Source: Candidatus Poribacteria bacterium
GTDB taxonomy: Bacteria > Poribacteria > WGA-4E > PCPOR2b
Length of the DNA: 64,000 nucleotides
NCBI GenBank assembly: GCA_965208425.1
Contig: OZ242335.1
Span: 2,119,181 to 2,183,180 of the forward strand
Direction of reading: 5' to 3'
Every line of letters begins with the position of its first letter. Position 1 is the stretch's first letter. Under the pieces are notes generated by a model that searched no databases, had not been told where the DNA came from, and saw only the letters and a list, made by a program, of their open reading frames with translations. A program made the position numbers and the translations under genes. Shown in pieces: positions 37,563 through 48,197 of this stretch.

Positions 37563-38936
37563 CTATAGCTGCCCCGATGTCACATCCCAGTCCTCTAGTA
37601 AGGCTTGGTAGGTTGGGTGTTCATAACGCGAAAGTAGGAACAATGGCGCATATTCGGGAAGTGCTCCACCGGTGACGTGAGTTGCCAATAATTCACCCGC
37701 CGCCTGAGATGCCATAATGCCGTAGCCCGACAGCCCTCCAATCACATACGCCCCCTCAACCGGCAAGGGACCAATCAACGGTCGATTCTCCTGCGTCTTA
37801 CAGTAATACCCACCATCGGCGTAGGCTCGGCTACCGTGACCAAAATACGCCGACAGACCGGGAATCATCCGGGCAAGCCCACGTATCAGAATTTCGGGAT
37901 AATCTGAATCGAACATTGGGGGCCAAACGGGGGGACAGGGTTCAATATCATACGTCCAGATGGCGAGAAGCACAAGGGTGTCGCCGTCCATGCGTGACCG
38001 GAAATGAACGCCAGCCGGAAATTCATCGAGCAGCCAACGATTCTTGTCATCCGCAGCGAATTTTTCACGTTCTTCGTCGGTCCAAGGCAAATTAATCGGA
38101 TCGCTCCAAAACAACAACGGTGTGTCCGTCGGCACAATCCCCAACTCATCTCGAAGGGCAATCTTACCGTGCAGCTCATTGAAAACAGGAATGTCCACCC
38201 CCAGCATCACGCCAACCTCTTTGAGATACGGTCCCGCAGCGATGACAAAGGTGCCGGTATTGATACGATCGCCGGATTGAAGCTGAACCTGCGTAACCCG
38301 ATTGTCAGTGACGGTCACACCCCTTACACAATCACGGACGAGACGAATACCAGCGCGTTGTGCCTCCGCTAACAACCATCTCCCCAGTTTCTGTGCATCT
38401 AGCCACCCTGCACGGCGGACGTGCAACCCTGCGATCGCATCTTCCGTCACGAACGGAAACTTTGCCCGGACGAGATCCGGCGAGAGAAGCAGATCTACCC
38501 CGGTGGGAAGCCCTTCAAAACCTTCGGGCGGTGAGGGTATGTAAGGGATAGGACCCGGATGTTCCCGAACCGGTCCAGCGCCGAGGGCAGAGGTTTCAGC
38601 AGCCGCATACTTCATAATGGGGATTTGACCCTCATTTGCTGTTAAGAAAACATAACCGCGGCGGTTCATTTGGAAACAGTTATCTGTTTCTTGCGCCAAT
38701 TCCTCTAACAGATCAATGGAACGGTTCACGAAACGCACCATTGTATCGCCGGGACCGGGCCACCAGTTTCGATACGCTTCCGTCCCTTTATTGCTCGTTA
38801 GCGTCAGCGGTTCGCGCTCATCGACGAGGACGATATCCTTGGCTCCGCCCCGGACTGCTAGATGATACGCCGCCGCGATCCCAGCCATTCCCGCACCACA
38901 GATAACAATCTCTGAGCTTATCCTTGTCACTCCCAA
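37563..38936 (-). CDS. FAD-dependent oxidoreductase (DAO / glycine-sarcosine oxidase-like)
   Basis: A 457-aa ORF. VICGAGMAGIAAAYHLA is a dinucleotide-binding motif. A DAO-family-like C-terminus is present. It sits directly upstream of the SHMT-like gene and is co-oriented with it. Confidence 0.75.
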   Translation of the reverse strand: MGVTRISSEIVICGAGMAGIAAAYHLAVRGGAKDIVLVDEREPLTLTSNKGTEAYRNWWPGPGDTMVRFVNRSIDLLEELAQETDNCFQMNRRGYVFLTANEGQIPIMKYAAAETSALGAGPVREHPGPIPYIPSPPEGFEGLPTGVDLLLSPDLVRAKFPFVTEDAIAGLHVRRAGWLDAQKLGRWLLAEAQRAGIRLVRDCVRGVTVTDNRVTQVQLQSGDRINTGTFVIAAGPYLKEVGVMLGVDIPVFNELHGKIALRDELGIVPTDTPLLFWSDPINLPWTDEEREKFAADDKNRWLLDEFPAGVHFRSRMDGDTLVLLAIWTYDIEPCPPVWPPMFDSDYPEILIRGLARMIPGLSAYFGHGSRAYADGGYYCKTQENRPLIGPLPVEGAYVIGGLSGYGIMASQAAGELLATHVTGGALPEYAPLFLLSRYEHPTYQALLEDWDVTSGQL

Positions 38937-39318
38937 ATCCCTTCTTCAGAACCAGTGTTCGATTCTTGCTTCTACGTTCATAATTCACCTAAATCTACCA
39001 TAGGGCATCGGCTGAAAAATGTCAAGCGAAAATTAGGAGTTAGACTTCGGAAATCTCTTGTCCAGAACCGTTAAATCGGTTATCCTTTCGTCTAATAACC
39101 CAAGCTGCTACCCATTGAAGATCTATCTGTTTTCTCGTAGGGGCGGGGTTCCCCCGTCCGTAAAATCAGTCTTTCGCTCCAGCGGAGCGAGATGTCTATA
39201 GCACGGCGATAAGATCAATCCCTGCGCTCCAGTTTTGAATCCCGATTTATCGGGGAGGAGCGCAATGTGTATAGCAGTGAACCAATGAACCTGATCATTT
39301 CCACGAAAGAGAAAAAAT

Positions 39319-40155
39319 ATGAAATACATCGACGCACATGTGCACGTTTGGACGGACGATTTCGATCGCTATCCACTCAGTCCACCATTTCAGGAAAGCG
39401 ACATGAACCCCAAAACCTTCTACCCCGAAGAGCTCCTCGCCCACGCCGAACCATCGGGTGTTGATCGGATTGTGCTAATCCAGATGAGTTACTACCAGTT
39501 TGATAACACCTACATGCTCGATGTGATGGCGGGGTATCCGGACGTGTTTTCAGGAACTGCCATCGTTGATTGGGAGACGGAAAGGCCTGATGAAACGATG
39601 CTACAGCTTGCCGAGAAGGGTGTCCGCGCATTTCGCATCTATCCGACAGATACGCCAATCGAGAGTTGGTTAGACGGTCCGGGATTTGAGCGGATGTTTC
39701 TCACTGGCGCAGCGCACAACCTCGCCATCTGTCCGCTAATTAATCCAGATGCTTTGCCCGCTCTCAGTAGACAGTGTGAACGATTTCCAGAAACCCCGGT
39801 CATCATCGACCATTTCGCTCGGATTGGCGCGGACCAGCCGGTCTGTGATGAGCATATCGACCAACTGTGTGCGATGGCGAAACACCCAAAGGCGATGGTA
39901 AAGGTTTCTGCCTTTTACGGACTCGGTGAAAAAGTAGCGCCCTATGACGATCTAAAACCGATGATTCGGCGTGTTTATGACGCGTTTGGATCCGATCGAT
40001 TAATGTGGGCAAGCGACTGTCCCTTCCAAGTTGTTGATCACACCTATGAGGACAGTCTCTCCCTGATACGGGATAGATTGGATTTCCTATCTGACTCAGA
40101 TAAAGAGCAAATTCTCCGAAAAACCGCAGAGGATTTCTTCTTCCCGGGCACTTAG
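39319..40155 (+). CDS. amidohydrolase-2 family metal-dependent hydrolase (ACMSD/TIM-barrel type)
   Basis: A 278-aa ORF. MKYIDAHVHVW is the metal-binding start. It also has a ...IIDHFAR... segment and a D (WASDCPF) near the C-terminus. Confidence 0.8.
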   Translation: MKYIDAHVHVWTDDFDRYPLSPPFQESDMNPKTFYPEELLAHAEPSGVDRIVLIQMSYYQFDNTYMLDVMAGYPDVFSGTAIVDWETERPDETMLQLAEKGVRAFRIYPTDTPIESWLDGPGFERMFLTGAAHNLAICPLINPDALPALSRQCERFPETPVIIDHFARIGADQPVCDEHIDQLCAMAKHPKAMVKVSAFYGLGEKVAPYDDLKPMIRRVYDAFGSDRLMWASDCPFQVVDHTYEDSLSLIRDRLDFLSDSDKEQILRKTAEDFFFPGT

Positions 40156-40692
40156 ATTATGCTGGTGAATCTCCATTTACCAATTTAGACTGGGCAATCG
40201 CGTGTGAAAGATATTGAAACCAAAGATGGTAGGGGCAGCCCTTGTGGCTGCCCTTGCGTCAAAAGCCTACTTTGCACCAATCCAGCAACACTGTGGCTGC
40301 TACATTTACTTATCCCTATCCTCTGTGGAGCCTGATGCCTGAGAGGCATAGGGATTTCACACCTAACTTCTTATCCTGTTAATCCGTTAATCCTGAAAAT
40401 CCTGATTCAGACAACAAGCCGCGCCATCCGCCGAATCCGCGATTCAGACAATACCGATGAATTGCCATCTGCCGATCCACAGGAAAACCCTTGCCCAATA
40501 CCGCAAAATCGGTTATCCTGTTTCCTGCTCGACACGTTTTATACTTTCTTTTTAATGAACCCCGAGATTGGGTGTCCAAACTCGACAGCGCCAATGAACC
40601 AATGAACTAATGAACCAATGAACCTGACCAACGTTCTTCACGTTTCACGCTTTGTACATTCTTTTTCCATAAGCCATAGGAGACAACAACCG

Positions 40693-41622
40693 ATGACAGA
40701 CTATCGCTTCAAAATTGGAATGGACCTTCAGATGACAGGCTTATCTTACGTCGAGGCGCTTGCCCTCGCTGAGGAACTCGACGCAAAGTATGGGTGGTTT
40801 GGCTTCCTCGACTGGGCGATCGACGGCGAGATAACCGATGCAGCCGTTGACGAGATGGGCGAACAAGCAGCCCGGCACGGGGTCGAGCTATTCATGATTG
40901 GGGCTGGTGGTTCCTTCAGCAAGCTGCATCTCGAAGATCTGGAATTGGAAACACTACAAGACCATCCAGAGTTTCAGGAGGATTTCAATCGCCTAATTCA
41001 GACAATGGAGATCGCTAACCGGCTCGGTGTGAGTTCGGTGCTATCTTACACCTTCGCATGGCCCGGCGAATACTCCGCTCAGAAGCCGACTTGGCCCATG
41101 CGCTGGCTGACGCGCGGCGGCGTTATCGCTGACGTTGATATGGAGAAGTTGGTCAAAGTCTTCTCACTTGTGGCAGCGCAAGCAGAGCAGCACGATATCG
41201 ACGTTGTGCTTGGCAATCTACCTTGGCACTATACCAACACGACTAGGCACTGTCGCGAACTAATTGAGCGGGTTGGATCTACGCGGCTGAAAATTATGTG
41301 GCACCCGTCCGACAACCATACCGCCGGCGAATCGGATTCAGCGACTGCGGGCTTTATTAACGTGCGGCCCTACCTCCATTCGCTCCACGTAAAAGATCTC
41401 GAAGTCCTTGATGGACTGAAAAACAATTTTGAATATTGTCCGTTTGGCGAAGGCGATGTTGATTACCCGACGGTGCTGCGAAATCTGCGTGACCATCGCT
41501 GCGATGTGGTCTTTGCCGTCGCCACCCATTTTAAGCCACCGAGCGGTTCTGGCGCAGATGCGATGCGGATTAACTTTGCCAAGATTAGACCGCTTATTGA
41601 ACAGGTAGAAGCGGGCGGATAA
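40693..41622 (+). CDS. sugar phosphate isomerase/epimerase (xylose-isomerase-like TIM barrel)
   Basis: The ORF track starts at 40618. An AGGAGA RBS favours the ATG at 40693 (MTDYRFKIGMDLQM...). The length and composition are TIM-barrel-like. Confidence 0.65.
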   Translation: MTDYRFKIGMDLQMTGLSYVEALALAEELDAKYGWFGFLDWAIDGEITDAAVDEMGEQAARHGVELFMIGAGGSFSKLHLEDLELETLQDHPEFQEDFNRLIQTMEIANRLGVSSVLSYTFAWPGEYSAQKPTWPMRWLTRGGVIADVDMEKLVKVFSLVAAQAEQHDIDVVLGNLPWHYTNTTRHCRELIERVGSTRLKIMWHPSDNHTAGESDSATAGFINVRPYLHSLHVKDLEVLDGLKNNFEYCPFGEGDVDYPTVLRNLRDHRCDVVFAVATHFKPPSGSGADAMRINFAKIRPLIEQVEAGG

Positions 41623-41633
41623 GGAGGGGACTG

Positions 41634-42683
41634 ATGGCAGAACAACTGAACGTTGCGATCATCGGTTGCGGCGGGATTAGTGGTGCCCATATACCGAACA
41701 TCCTGAAAACGGCAGAGATCCGTCTCGTCGCCACAATGGATGTGGTTGAGGAGGGGGTGAGCAGGAACGGACGGCGGGTCGGGGCACGTGTACGTGCTGA
41801 AGAAGGCAACGCTGACTACTACACAACCGACCTCGACCGCATACTCTCCGATCCCAACATTGATGCCGTGTTAATCTGCTCAACCCACGATACCCATGCG
41901 GACATCGCTATCAAAGCCTGTGCCGCGGGCAAACATATCTTCGCCGAGAAACCGTTGGCGATGACACTGGATGAAGCACGACGGGTTCAGCAAGCTGTAC
42001 ATGAATCGGGGGTACAACTGATGAGCGGTTGGTGGTTCAAGCACTCGCCAGTAACCAAACGGCTGCGCGAGGTCATCCCTCAGCCGTACTATACCCTTTT
42101 CACCTGCCGTGTCTTGTACGACAAACCGAACGATCCCGAAGGTCCCTACGGCCGCGACGGTATCCTCGACAACTCCGGCTACAACCTCCACTGGATTTGG
42201 CACGTCATGCGTTCGCAACCGGTGGAGATCCTTGCAATGGGCTACGACGGGCAACCGACAAACACCAGCACGATCATCATTCGCTTCGCCAACGGCGGGA
42301 TTGGGACCTCTGTCTTCAGCACTGTCGGCAGTGGCGGCGCTCTCCCCAAGCACTACGCCGAGGTCTTGGCTGGGCCCATAAGTGCAGCAACGGTCCGCTT
42401 CGGAAATCTCACATTCCAAGGAACTGACGAGCTAGGCATTGAGCATAACGAATACCACAACGGCTTCGACGAGGAGATGGGTATGTTCGCACGGTTGTGT
42501 CTCGAGGGCGGTCCAAACCCGATGGATGCGTGGGAAGCCTGTGTACCGACGCTCATTTTTGAGAAGGCAATTGAGTCTATGCGGACACATCAACCGGTGC
42601 CTGTAAACATTGAGGACGAATTCTATCTACCCGATGGCAAGCTACCCGCCAGCATTGAGAACTTCGGTGATGTGGCAGATTAA
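41634..42683 (+). CDS. Gfo/Idh/MocA family oxidoreductase
   Basis: A 349-aa ORF. LNVAIIGCGGISGAHIPNI is a Rossmann motif. An EKP motif (FAEKPLAMT) is present. Confidence 0.85.
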   Translation: MAEQLNVAIIGCGGISGAHIPNILKTAEIRLVATMDVVEEGVSRNGRRVGARVRAEEGNADYYTTDLDRILSDPNIDAVLICSTHDTHADIAIKACAAGKHIFAEKPLAMTLDEARRVQQAVHESGVQLMSGWWFKHSPVTKRLREVIPQPYYTLFTCRVLYDKPNDPEGPYGRDGILDNSGYNLHWIWHVMRSQPVEILAMGYDGQPTNTSTIIIRFANGGIGTSVFSTVGSGGALPKHYAEVLAGPISAATVRFGNLTFQGTDELGIEHNEYHNGFDEEMGMFARLCLEGGPNPMDAWEACVPTLIFEKAIESMRTHQPVPVNIEDEFYLPDGKLPASIENFGDVAD

Positions 42684-42896
42684 ATTGGCGTCCGTTTCTA
42701 GGGCGTGTTGACATTTATGTAAGGTGCGTTTGTCATTTGATGATAGCTGTCCAATCGTAGGGGCGAGGTTTCCTCGCCCAACGGGTTGGGAAACCCACCC
42801 CCTACAAGAATCGACCTAATGTAGGGGCAACCCTTCTGGTTGCCCTGACTTGTGTTTGCTTAACGTTTCATTTCCAGAATTAATGGGACCGCCGCC

Positions 42897-43451
42897 ATGA
42901 AAGAAGGTCAGATCATTAGGACAATCCAAAACAACGGTGAGACGGTTATCTTCCGCTATCCGCGGTGGCAGGATGTCCCTGCGTATGTCGAGATGTGCAA
43001 TATCCTGCATCAGGAACGGGTGATGGCATACCACGCGGAGACTAGTTTTGCTAAGGGCTGTGAAAGACTGAGTGGGATCCTTGTCGATCTGGAAACCGGA
43101 AAACGCTCACATCTCCTAATAGAAATGGAGGGGCAGATCGTCGGAGAGGGGAGCCTACAACTCGATACCGCTCATCGAATGGGGACGCTGGGAATAAAAA
43201 TCATCGGCAGGTGTCGCAGACGTGGGCTGGGCAGGGAAATGATGCTGCTCTTGGAGGAGGAAGGTCGAAAGTTCGGTTTGCGACGAATCTACCTGCACGT
43301 CTGGCACTTGAACGAAGCTGCCATCAACCTATATCAGAAGATCGGATACCGAGAGGTGGGGCGTGTACCCGAATGGTACAGCATGAAAGATGATGACGGC
43401 AACCTTGTTTACTCAGATCTCATCGAAATGATAAAGGACATCGGGGATTAA
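42897..43451 (+). CDS. GNAT family N-acetyltransferase
   Basis: A 184-aa ORF. The acetyl-CoA binding motif is RRRGLGREMMLLLEEEGRKFGLRRIYLHVWHLNEAAINLYQKIGY. Confidence 0.8.
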   Translation: MKEGQIIRTIQNNGETVIFRYPRWQDVPAYVEMCNILHQERVMAYHAETSFAKGCERLSGILVDLETGKRSHLLIEMEGQIVGEGSLQLDTAHRMGTLGIKIIGRCRRRGLGREMMLLLEEEGRKFGLRRIYLHVWHLNEAAINLYQKIGYREVGRVPEWYSMKDDDGNLVYSDLIEMIKDIGD

Positions 43452-43582
43452 GCTTAATGCTAATGGAAGTTACACACTCTAACCCCAATCTTATCGGGAT
43501 TCTATGAATGAAACGTGAAACGTGATGCGTGAGAGGCTTGTTTTATCACGTGTTTATTTGCCTTGAGCGTTCAGCCTCGGTC

Positions 43583-44521
43583 CTACTTTGTTACCTTTAT
43601 TTTCCCTAAAAGCGTTGGAGTCAATTCCTGTGGCGAGACAGATAGGGTGGCATTCCGTTCTTGTGGGGCAAAATCATCGCCTGCCCCGTAGGTCAGCTGT
43701 GTCAACCTCCTATCAGCGAGCCGGAACTGAAAAATCTTCCATTGATTGTTGTCCTTCCATTTACCAGCAAAGAGAACCGACTTGCCATCGACAGAAAAAG
43801 CGGCGGAATGATAAACCATCTCTAGCCTAGCTGGGACAGGCACCCGCCGCGATCTAATAATTGCTCTCTTAAATTGGTTAAGCGTGGCAATAACGAGCGT
43901 GTCCTTATCTGCCGGCATGTCCGCTTCTGCATACAGAAGCTGCTGCCCATCGGGCGACCACCCTTCCAAAATCATCGCTCTTGCTATCTCGGGGTGCTCT
44001 GCAAGCCGCGCCGGTGCTCTGCCCTGTGCGTTTATCACATAAATAGAGTAGCTACCAAAAGCAAATTGGGTTCCATCGGGCGACCACTTCGGTTTGTCAA
44101 TAAACCGTCCATGTCGTGTGATCTGTTTTACATTACTGCCATCGGCCTCCATCACGAACAGGGAAGACGGGTTCTTGCGCCTGCTGGTAAATGCAATTCG
44201 TGAACCGTCCGGCGACCATGTAGGAGATGAATCAGACGCAGGGTGATTGGTCAGATTGCGTTGATTCCTCCCATCGGCATCCATCAGATATATCTCCTTG
44301 TTCCCGTCTCGATCGCTTTCAAAGGCAATCTGTCGTCCATCGGGAGACCAAACAGGCGAGGAATCGGCAGCCGCGTTAAATGTCAACCGCGCGGGATTGT
44401 TCCCGTTGGCGTTCATAGTATAGATTTCTTCATTTCCCTCCCGATTGGAATAAAAGACAATTTTGCCCCAAAGGGGAGGAGTGACAAGCCAAAGGCAAGC
44501 CACGAAAATATAGATACGCAT
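43583..44521 (-). CDS. TolB-like periplasmic beta-propeller (PD40/WD40-like repeat) protein, paralog 1 of 3
   Basis: A 312-aa ORF with a signal peptide. It has repeated PD40 units (SPVWSPDGRQIAFESDRDGNKEIYLMDADG...). Confidence 0.85.
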   Translation of the reverse strand: MRIYIFVACLWLVTPPLWGKIVFYSNREGNEEIYTMNANGNNPARLTFNAAADSSPVWSPDGRQIAFESDRDGNKEIYLMDADGRNQRNLTNHPASDSSPTWSPDGSRIAFTSRRKNPSSLFVMEADGSNVKQITRHGRFIDKPKWSPDGTQFAFGSYSIYVINAQGRAPARLAEHPEIARAMILEGWSPDGQQLLYAEADMPADKDTLVIATLNQFKRAIIRSRRVPVPARLEMVYHSAAFSVDGKSVLFAGKWKDNNQWKIFQFRLADRRLTQLTYGAGDDFAPQERNATLSVSPQELTPTLLGKIKVTK

Positions 44522-44538
44522 CGTTACACCTCTGATTT

Positions 44539-45483
44539 TTACTTGGTTGTCTTAATCTCACCCCAAAGCGTTGAGGTTAGTTGCTGTGGCGAGACCGACA
44601 GAGGCGAAAGCCATTCGTGTGGGGCAAAGTCATCGCCTCTGCTGTCAGTCAACTGTGTCAACTTCCTATCCGCCAGCCGGAACCGATAAATATCCCAAGT
44701 ATCGGCATCATTGGGTTTACCAGAAAAAAGTATCGACTTCCCATCAGCAGAAAAAGCAGCAGAATGGAAAACTATCTGTAACCGACTTGACACCGGCACC
44801 CGCCTCCATTGGATAATCATTCTCCGTCTGATAGGCTCTAGCGTGGCAACAACGAGCGTGTGTTTGTCTGATGCCAAGGCCGCCTCTGAAAACAAAATCT
44901 GCGTTCCATCCGGTGACCACCCTTCCAAGAACATCGCGCTCTCCACATTGGGACGTTTTGAAACCTTCCACGGCGCTCTGCCCTCAGCGTTGACCACATA
45001 AATAGGACTGTCACCAAAAGCGATTTGCTTGCCAGTCGGCGACCACTTTGATTTGGTGACAAGCCGCCAGCCCTTAACCCCCTTCACATTTCCCCCATCA
45101 GCAGCCATCATAAAAAGGGAGGAAAAACCGTCCGGATTACGTTCGCTGATAAAAACAATCTGTGAACCATCGGGCGACCAGTCAGGATAGGAGTCAACCG
45201 CAAGATGATTGCTCAGATTGCGCGGATTCGTTCCGTCAGCGCTCATCACATACACCTCCATGTTCAAATCGAAATCGCTCTGAAACAGAATCTGCTCCCC
45301 ATCAGGAGACCAAACGGGATAAGAATCGCTTGCCCCGTTGAACGTGAGTCGAATCTGGTGGGTCCCGTCCGATTTCATCGTGTAGATTTCTTCGTTTCCA
45401 TCACGATTGGAATAAAATACAATTTTGCCATGAAGGGGGCTCGTGGTAAGCCAAAGAATCGTCACAAGCAGGAAGTTTCGCAT
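44539..45483 (-). CDS. TolB-like periplasmic beta-propeller protein, paralog 2 of 3
   Basis: A 314-aa ORF with a signal peptide and PD40 repeats. It shares the C-terminal tail [20 protein letters not shown] with paralog 3. Confidence 0.85.
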   Translation of the reverse strand: MRNFLLVTILWLTTSPLHGKIVFYSNRDGNEEIYTMKSDGTHQIRLTFNGASDSYPVWSPDGEQILFQSDFDLNMEVYVMSADGTNPRNLSNHLAVDSYPDWSPDGSQIVFISERNPDGFSSLFMMAADGGNVKGVKGWRLVTKSKWSPTGKQIAFGDSPIYVVNAEGRAPWKVSKRPNVESAMFLEGWSPDGTQILFSEAALASDKHTLVVATLEPIRRRMIIQWRRVPVSSRLQIVFHSAAFSADGKSILFSGKPNDADTWDIYRFRLADRKLTQLTDSRGDDFAPHEWLSPLSVSPQQLTSTLWGEIKTTK

Positions 45484-45492
45484 AGAACACCT

Positions 45493-46464
45493 CTATTTCG
45501 CTGTCTTAATCTCACCCCAAAGCGTTGAGGTCAGTTGCTGTGGCGAGACCGACAGGCGCAGATTCCACTCTTGTGGAGCACCATCTCTGCCCGGACTGTC
45601 GGTCAACTGTATCAGCTGTTTATCAATCAATCTAAAGCGATAGATATTCCTGTTACCCTCCTGTTTGCTACTAAAAAGGATAGACTTGCCATCAGCAGAG
45701 AAACAAAGGTTATGAAAAGGCATCGGTGGCATCTTCACCGGCACCCGTTTGAAAACCTGTTGCGGTTTTGACGGGTGTAGGGAGGCAATAACCGGGGTGG
45801 GCTCAACCGCTATATCATTTACCACCTCTTTATACAAAATCTGTTTCCCATCGGACGACCAGCCGCCCAAAAGTCGCCATGTGTCCGGTATCGTTTCAGT
45901 GACCTGCCATAGGCCCGTGCCATCGGGACGAATGGCAAAGATGTTTCCCGTCTCTGCACCATCGGGACCAATAGGATGCAATTCTGACCCCTCAAAGAGT
46001 ATCCATTGTCCATCGGGCGACCACTTGGGGTCTCCAGCCCCCCAAAACTCTGTCACCTGTTGGACATTGCCGCCATCGGCGTCCATCACGAAGATGTTAT
46101 AGATATGGTCTTGATCGTCATCCTTATACCTCTGAAACGCAATATGATTTCCGTCAGGAGACCAACTGGGCGATTCATCGTCGAAGGAATGGGTCAGCCG
46201 CCGTTGATTGGTTCCATCGGCGTCCACCACATAAATACCACCGCTGTCGTCATGATAGCTATGGAACACAATCTGTCGTCCGTTGGGAGACCAAGCAGGA
46301 TGGGCACCATCTACATCGTTGAATGTCAGCCGTGTCAGGTTGCTCCCGTCCGAGTTCATCGTGTAGATTTCAGCGTTTCCACCACGAGTGGAATGAAACA
46401 CAATTTTAGCTTCAAGGGTGTTGGTAGCAAGCCAAAGGCAAGCCACAGCGATAATAATGCGCAT
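45493..46464 (-). CDS. TolB-like periplasmic beta-propeller protein, paralog 3 of 3
   Basis: A TGGAGA RBS favours the ATG at 46464 ([25 protein letters not shown]). The ORF track extends to 46479. PD40 repeats are present. Confidence 0.85.
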   Translation of the reverse strand: MRIIIAVACLWLATNTLEAKIVFHSTRGGNAEIYTMNSDGSNLTRLTFNDVDGAHPAWSPNGRQIVFHSYHDDSGGIYVVDADGTNQRRLTHSFDDESPSWSPDGNHIAFQRYKDDDQDHIYNIFVMDADGGNVQQVTEFWGAGDPKWSPDGQWILFEGSELHPIGPDGAETGNIFAIRPDGTGLWQVTETIPDTWRLLGGWSSDGKQILYKEVVNDIAVEPTPVIASLHPSKPQQVFKRVPVKMPPMPFHNLCFSADGKSILFSSKQEGNRNIYRFRLIDKQLIQLTDSPGRDGAPQEWNLRLSVSPQQLTSTLWGEIKTAK

Positions 46465-46981
46465 AATAAACATCTCCATTTACCCATCGCTGAACAAAAC
46501 GCCTAGGCAACATACAAGAACCATGCCAATCTCCGATGCCCTGTCTATTCGGTTTAACAGCGATATTAACCGTGCAAGTGTTCAATAAATGAACAAGAGT
46601 GTTCATGAAATGCCCCCCTTCTAAACCTATCCTCGACCAGTTGGGGATTCAAAGTAACTTGTGGGTCCCCTATTGGATTTATCCGTCTTTTCACGTTTCA
46701 CGCATCACGCATCATGTTTCACGTTTTAACTTTTTTATGGTATTTTACATAAAAAACATATAAAAACATTTGCAAAACTGCGTTGCGTGTGGTATTATTA
46801 ACGCCCGGAATCAACTAGTGAACCTAACTATGGTAAATTAAAAAAATAAGTAGACATTTACCAATAACTCCGACCTACGCGAAGTTTCCCAAGTCCCCCT
46901 GACAAGGCGGATTTAGGGGGTTGGGAGTGTCTAAGTAATTCTAAAATCTACCATAATTAACCTTGTGCACCCGCCCACAAA

Positions 46982-47980
46982 ATGACGAACACACGACTCA
47001 TTGACACTTTCAATCGAGAACATACGAACCTGCGGATTTCCGTGACTGACCAGTGCAACTTCCGCTGCATCTACTGTATGCCGGAAGATATGCAGTTCAT
47101 GGAAGATGACGCGATCATGACGTTTGACGAAATTGTTCACCTCGCTCGTATCTTCGTCGATTTGGGAATCAATAAGATCCGGCTTACGGGTGGAGAACCG
47201 TTAGTTCGTCGGGGGGTGCCAGAGCTAATCAAGCAGCTTGGAGAAATCCAAGGGTTGAAAGACATCAGCTTAACGACAAACGGCATCGGCTTAATCACGC
47301 AGGCAAAAGACCTCTACGATGCCGGGCTTCGCCGAATCAATGTCAGCCTCGATACATTGGATGAAGCGAAATTTGAGCAGATGACACGCCGCAAGGTGCT
47401 TTCAAGAGTGTTGGAAGGGCTGCAGGAAGCACAACGTTGTGGATTTGATCCAATCAAAGTAAATGCGGTGGCAATGAAGGGTTTTACCGACGATGAGGTT
47501 GTTGACCTTGCAAAATTTGCTCGCGATAATTCTTACCAACTCCGGTTCATCGAGTTCATGCCGTTAGATGCAGACGACATCTGGGGACGGAATATGTTCA
47601 TTCCGGGTAAGGAGATTATCGATAAAATTGATGCGGTCTATCCACTGAATTCGGTCAGCATGAACGGCGATGCGAAACATGATCCAGCAAAGCTTTATCA
47701 GTTTGAAGACGGTGAGGGGGATGTCGGGTTTATCTCCTCCGTAACCGAACCGTTTTGTGAACAGTGCAATCGGGTTCGTCTCACCGCCGACGGTCAACTG
47801 CGGACATGTCTGTTTTCTATTACAGAGACCGATCTATTAACCCCGCTGCGCGCCGGTGCCCCCGACGAAACTATCGAGGATCTGATTGTTGAAGCAGTGA
47901 AACAGAAAGAAGCGGGACACGAGATTAACGCAGTAAACTTTGTCAAACCGAAACGAAACATGTCCATGATTGGCGGTTAG
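46982..47980 (+). CDS. moaA: GTP 3',8-cyclase (molybdenum cofactor biosynthesis protein A), radical SAM
   Basis: A 332-aa ORF. It has the CNFRCIYCMP radical-SAM cluster and the C-terminal CEQCNRVRLTADGQLRTCLFS second cluster. Confidence 0.92.
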   Translation: MTNTRLIDTFNREHTNLRISVTDQCNFRCIYCMPEDMQFMEDDAIMTFDEIVHLARIFVDLGINKIRLTGGEPLVRRGVPELIKQLGEIQGLKDISLTTNGIGLITQAKDLYDAGLRRINVSLDTLDEAKFEQMTRRKVLSRVLEGLQEAQRCGFDPIKVNAVAMKGFTDDEVVDLAKFARDNSYQLRFIEFMPLDADDIWGRNMFIPGKEIIDKIDAVYPLNSVSMNGDAKHDPAKLYQFEDGEGDVGFISSVTEPFCEQCNRVRLTADGQLRTCLFSITETDLLTPLRAGAPDETIEDLIVEAVKQKEAGHEINAVNFVKPKRNMSMIGG

Positions 47981-48197
47981 AGACATTGGGCATTAAGCAC
48001 ATTATCCTGTAGGTCGAGATTCACATCTCGACACCCAACCATCACGGCAGCATGTGGTAACCCTCGCTCCAGAGGAGCGATATGTCTATAGAATGCCGAG
48101 ACCTCTAAGATCCGCACTCCAGAGGAGCGCAATGTGGATAACAGTCAACAGGATCTAGCAACTACGTTAATATACAGAAGGAGTCAAACAAGAATTA

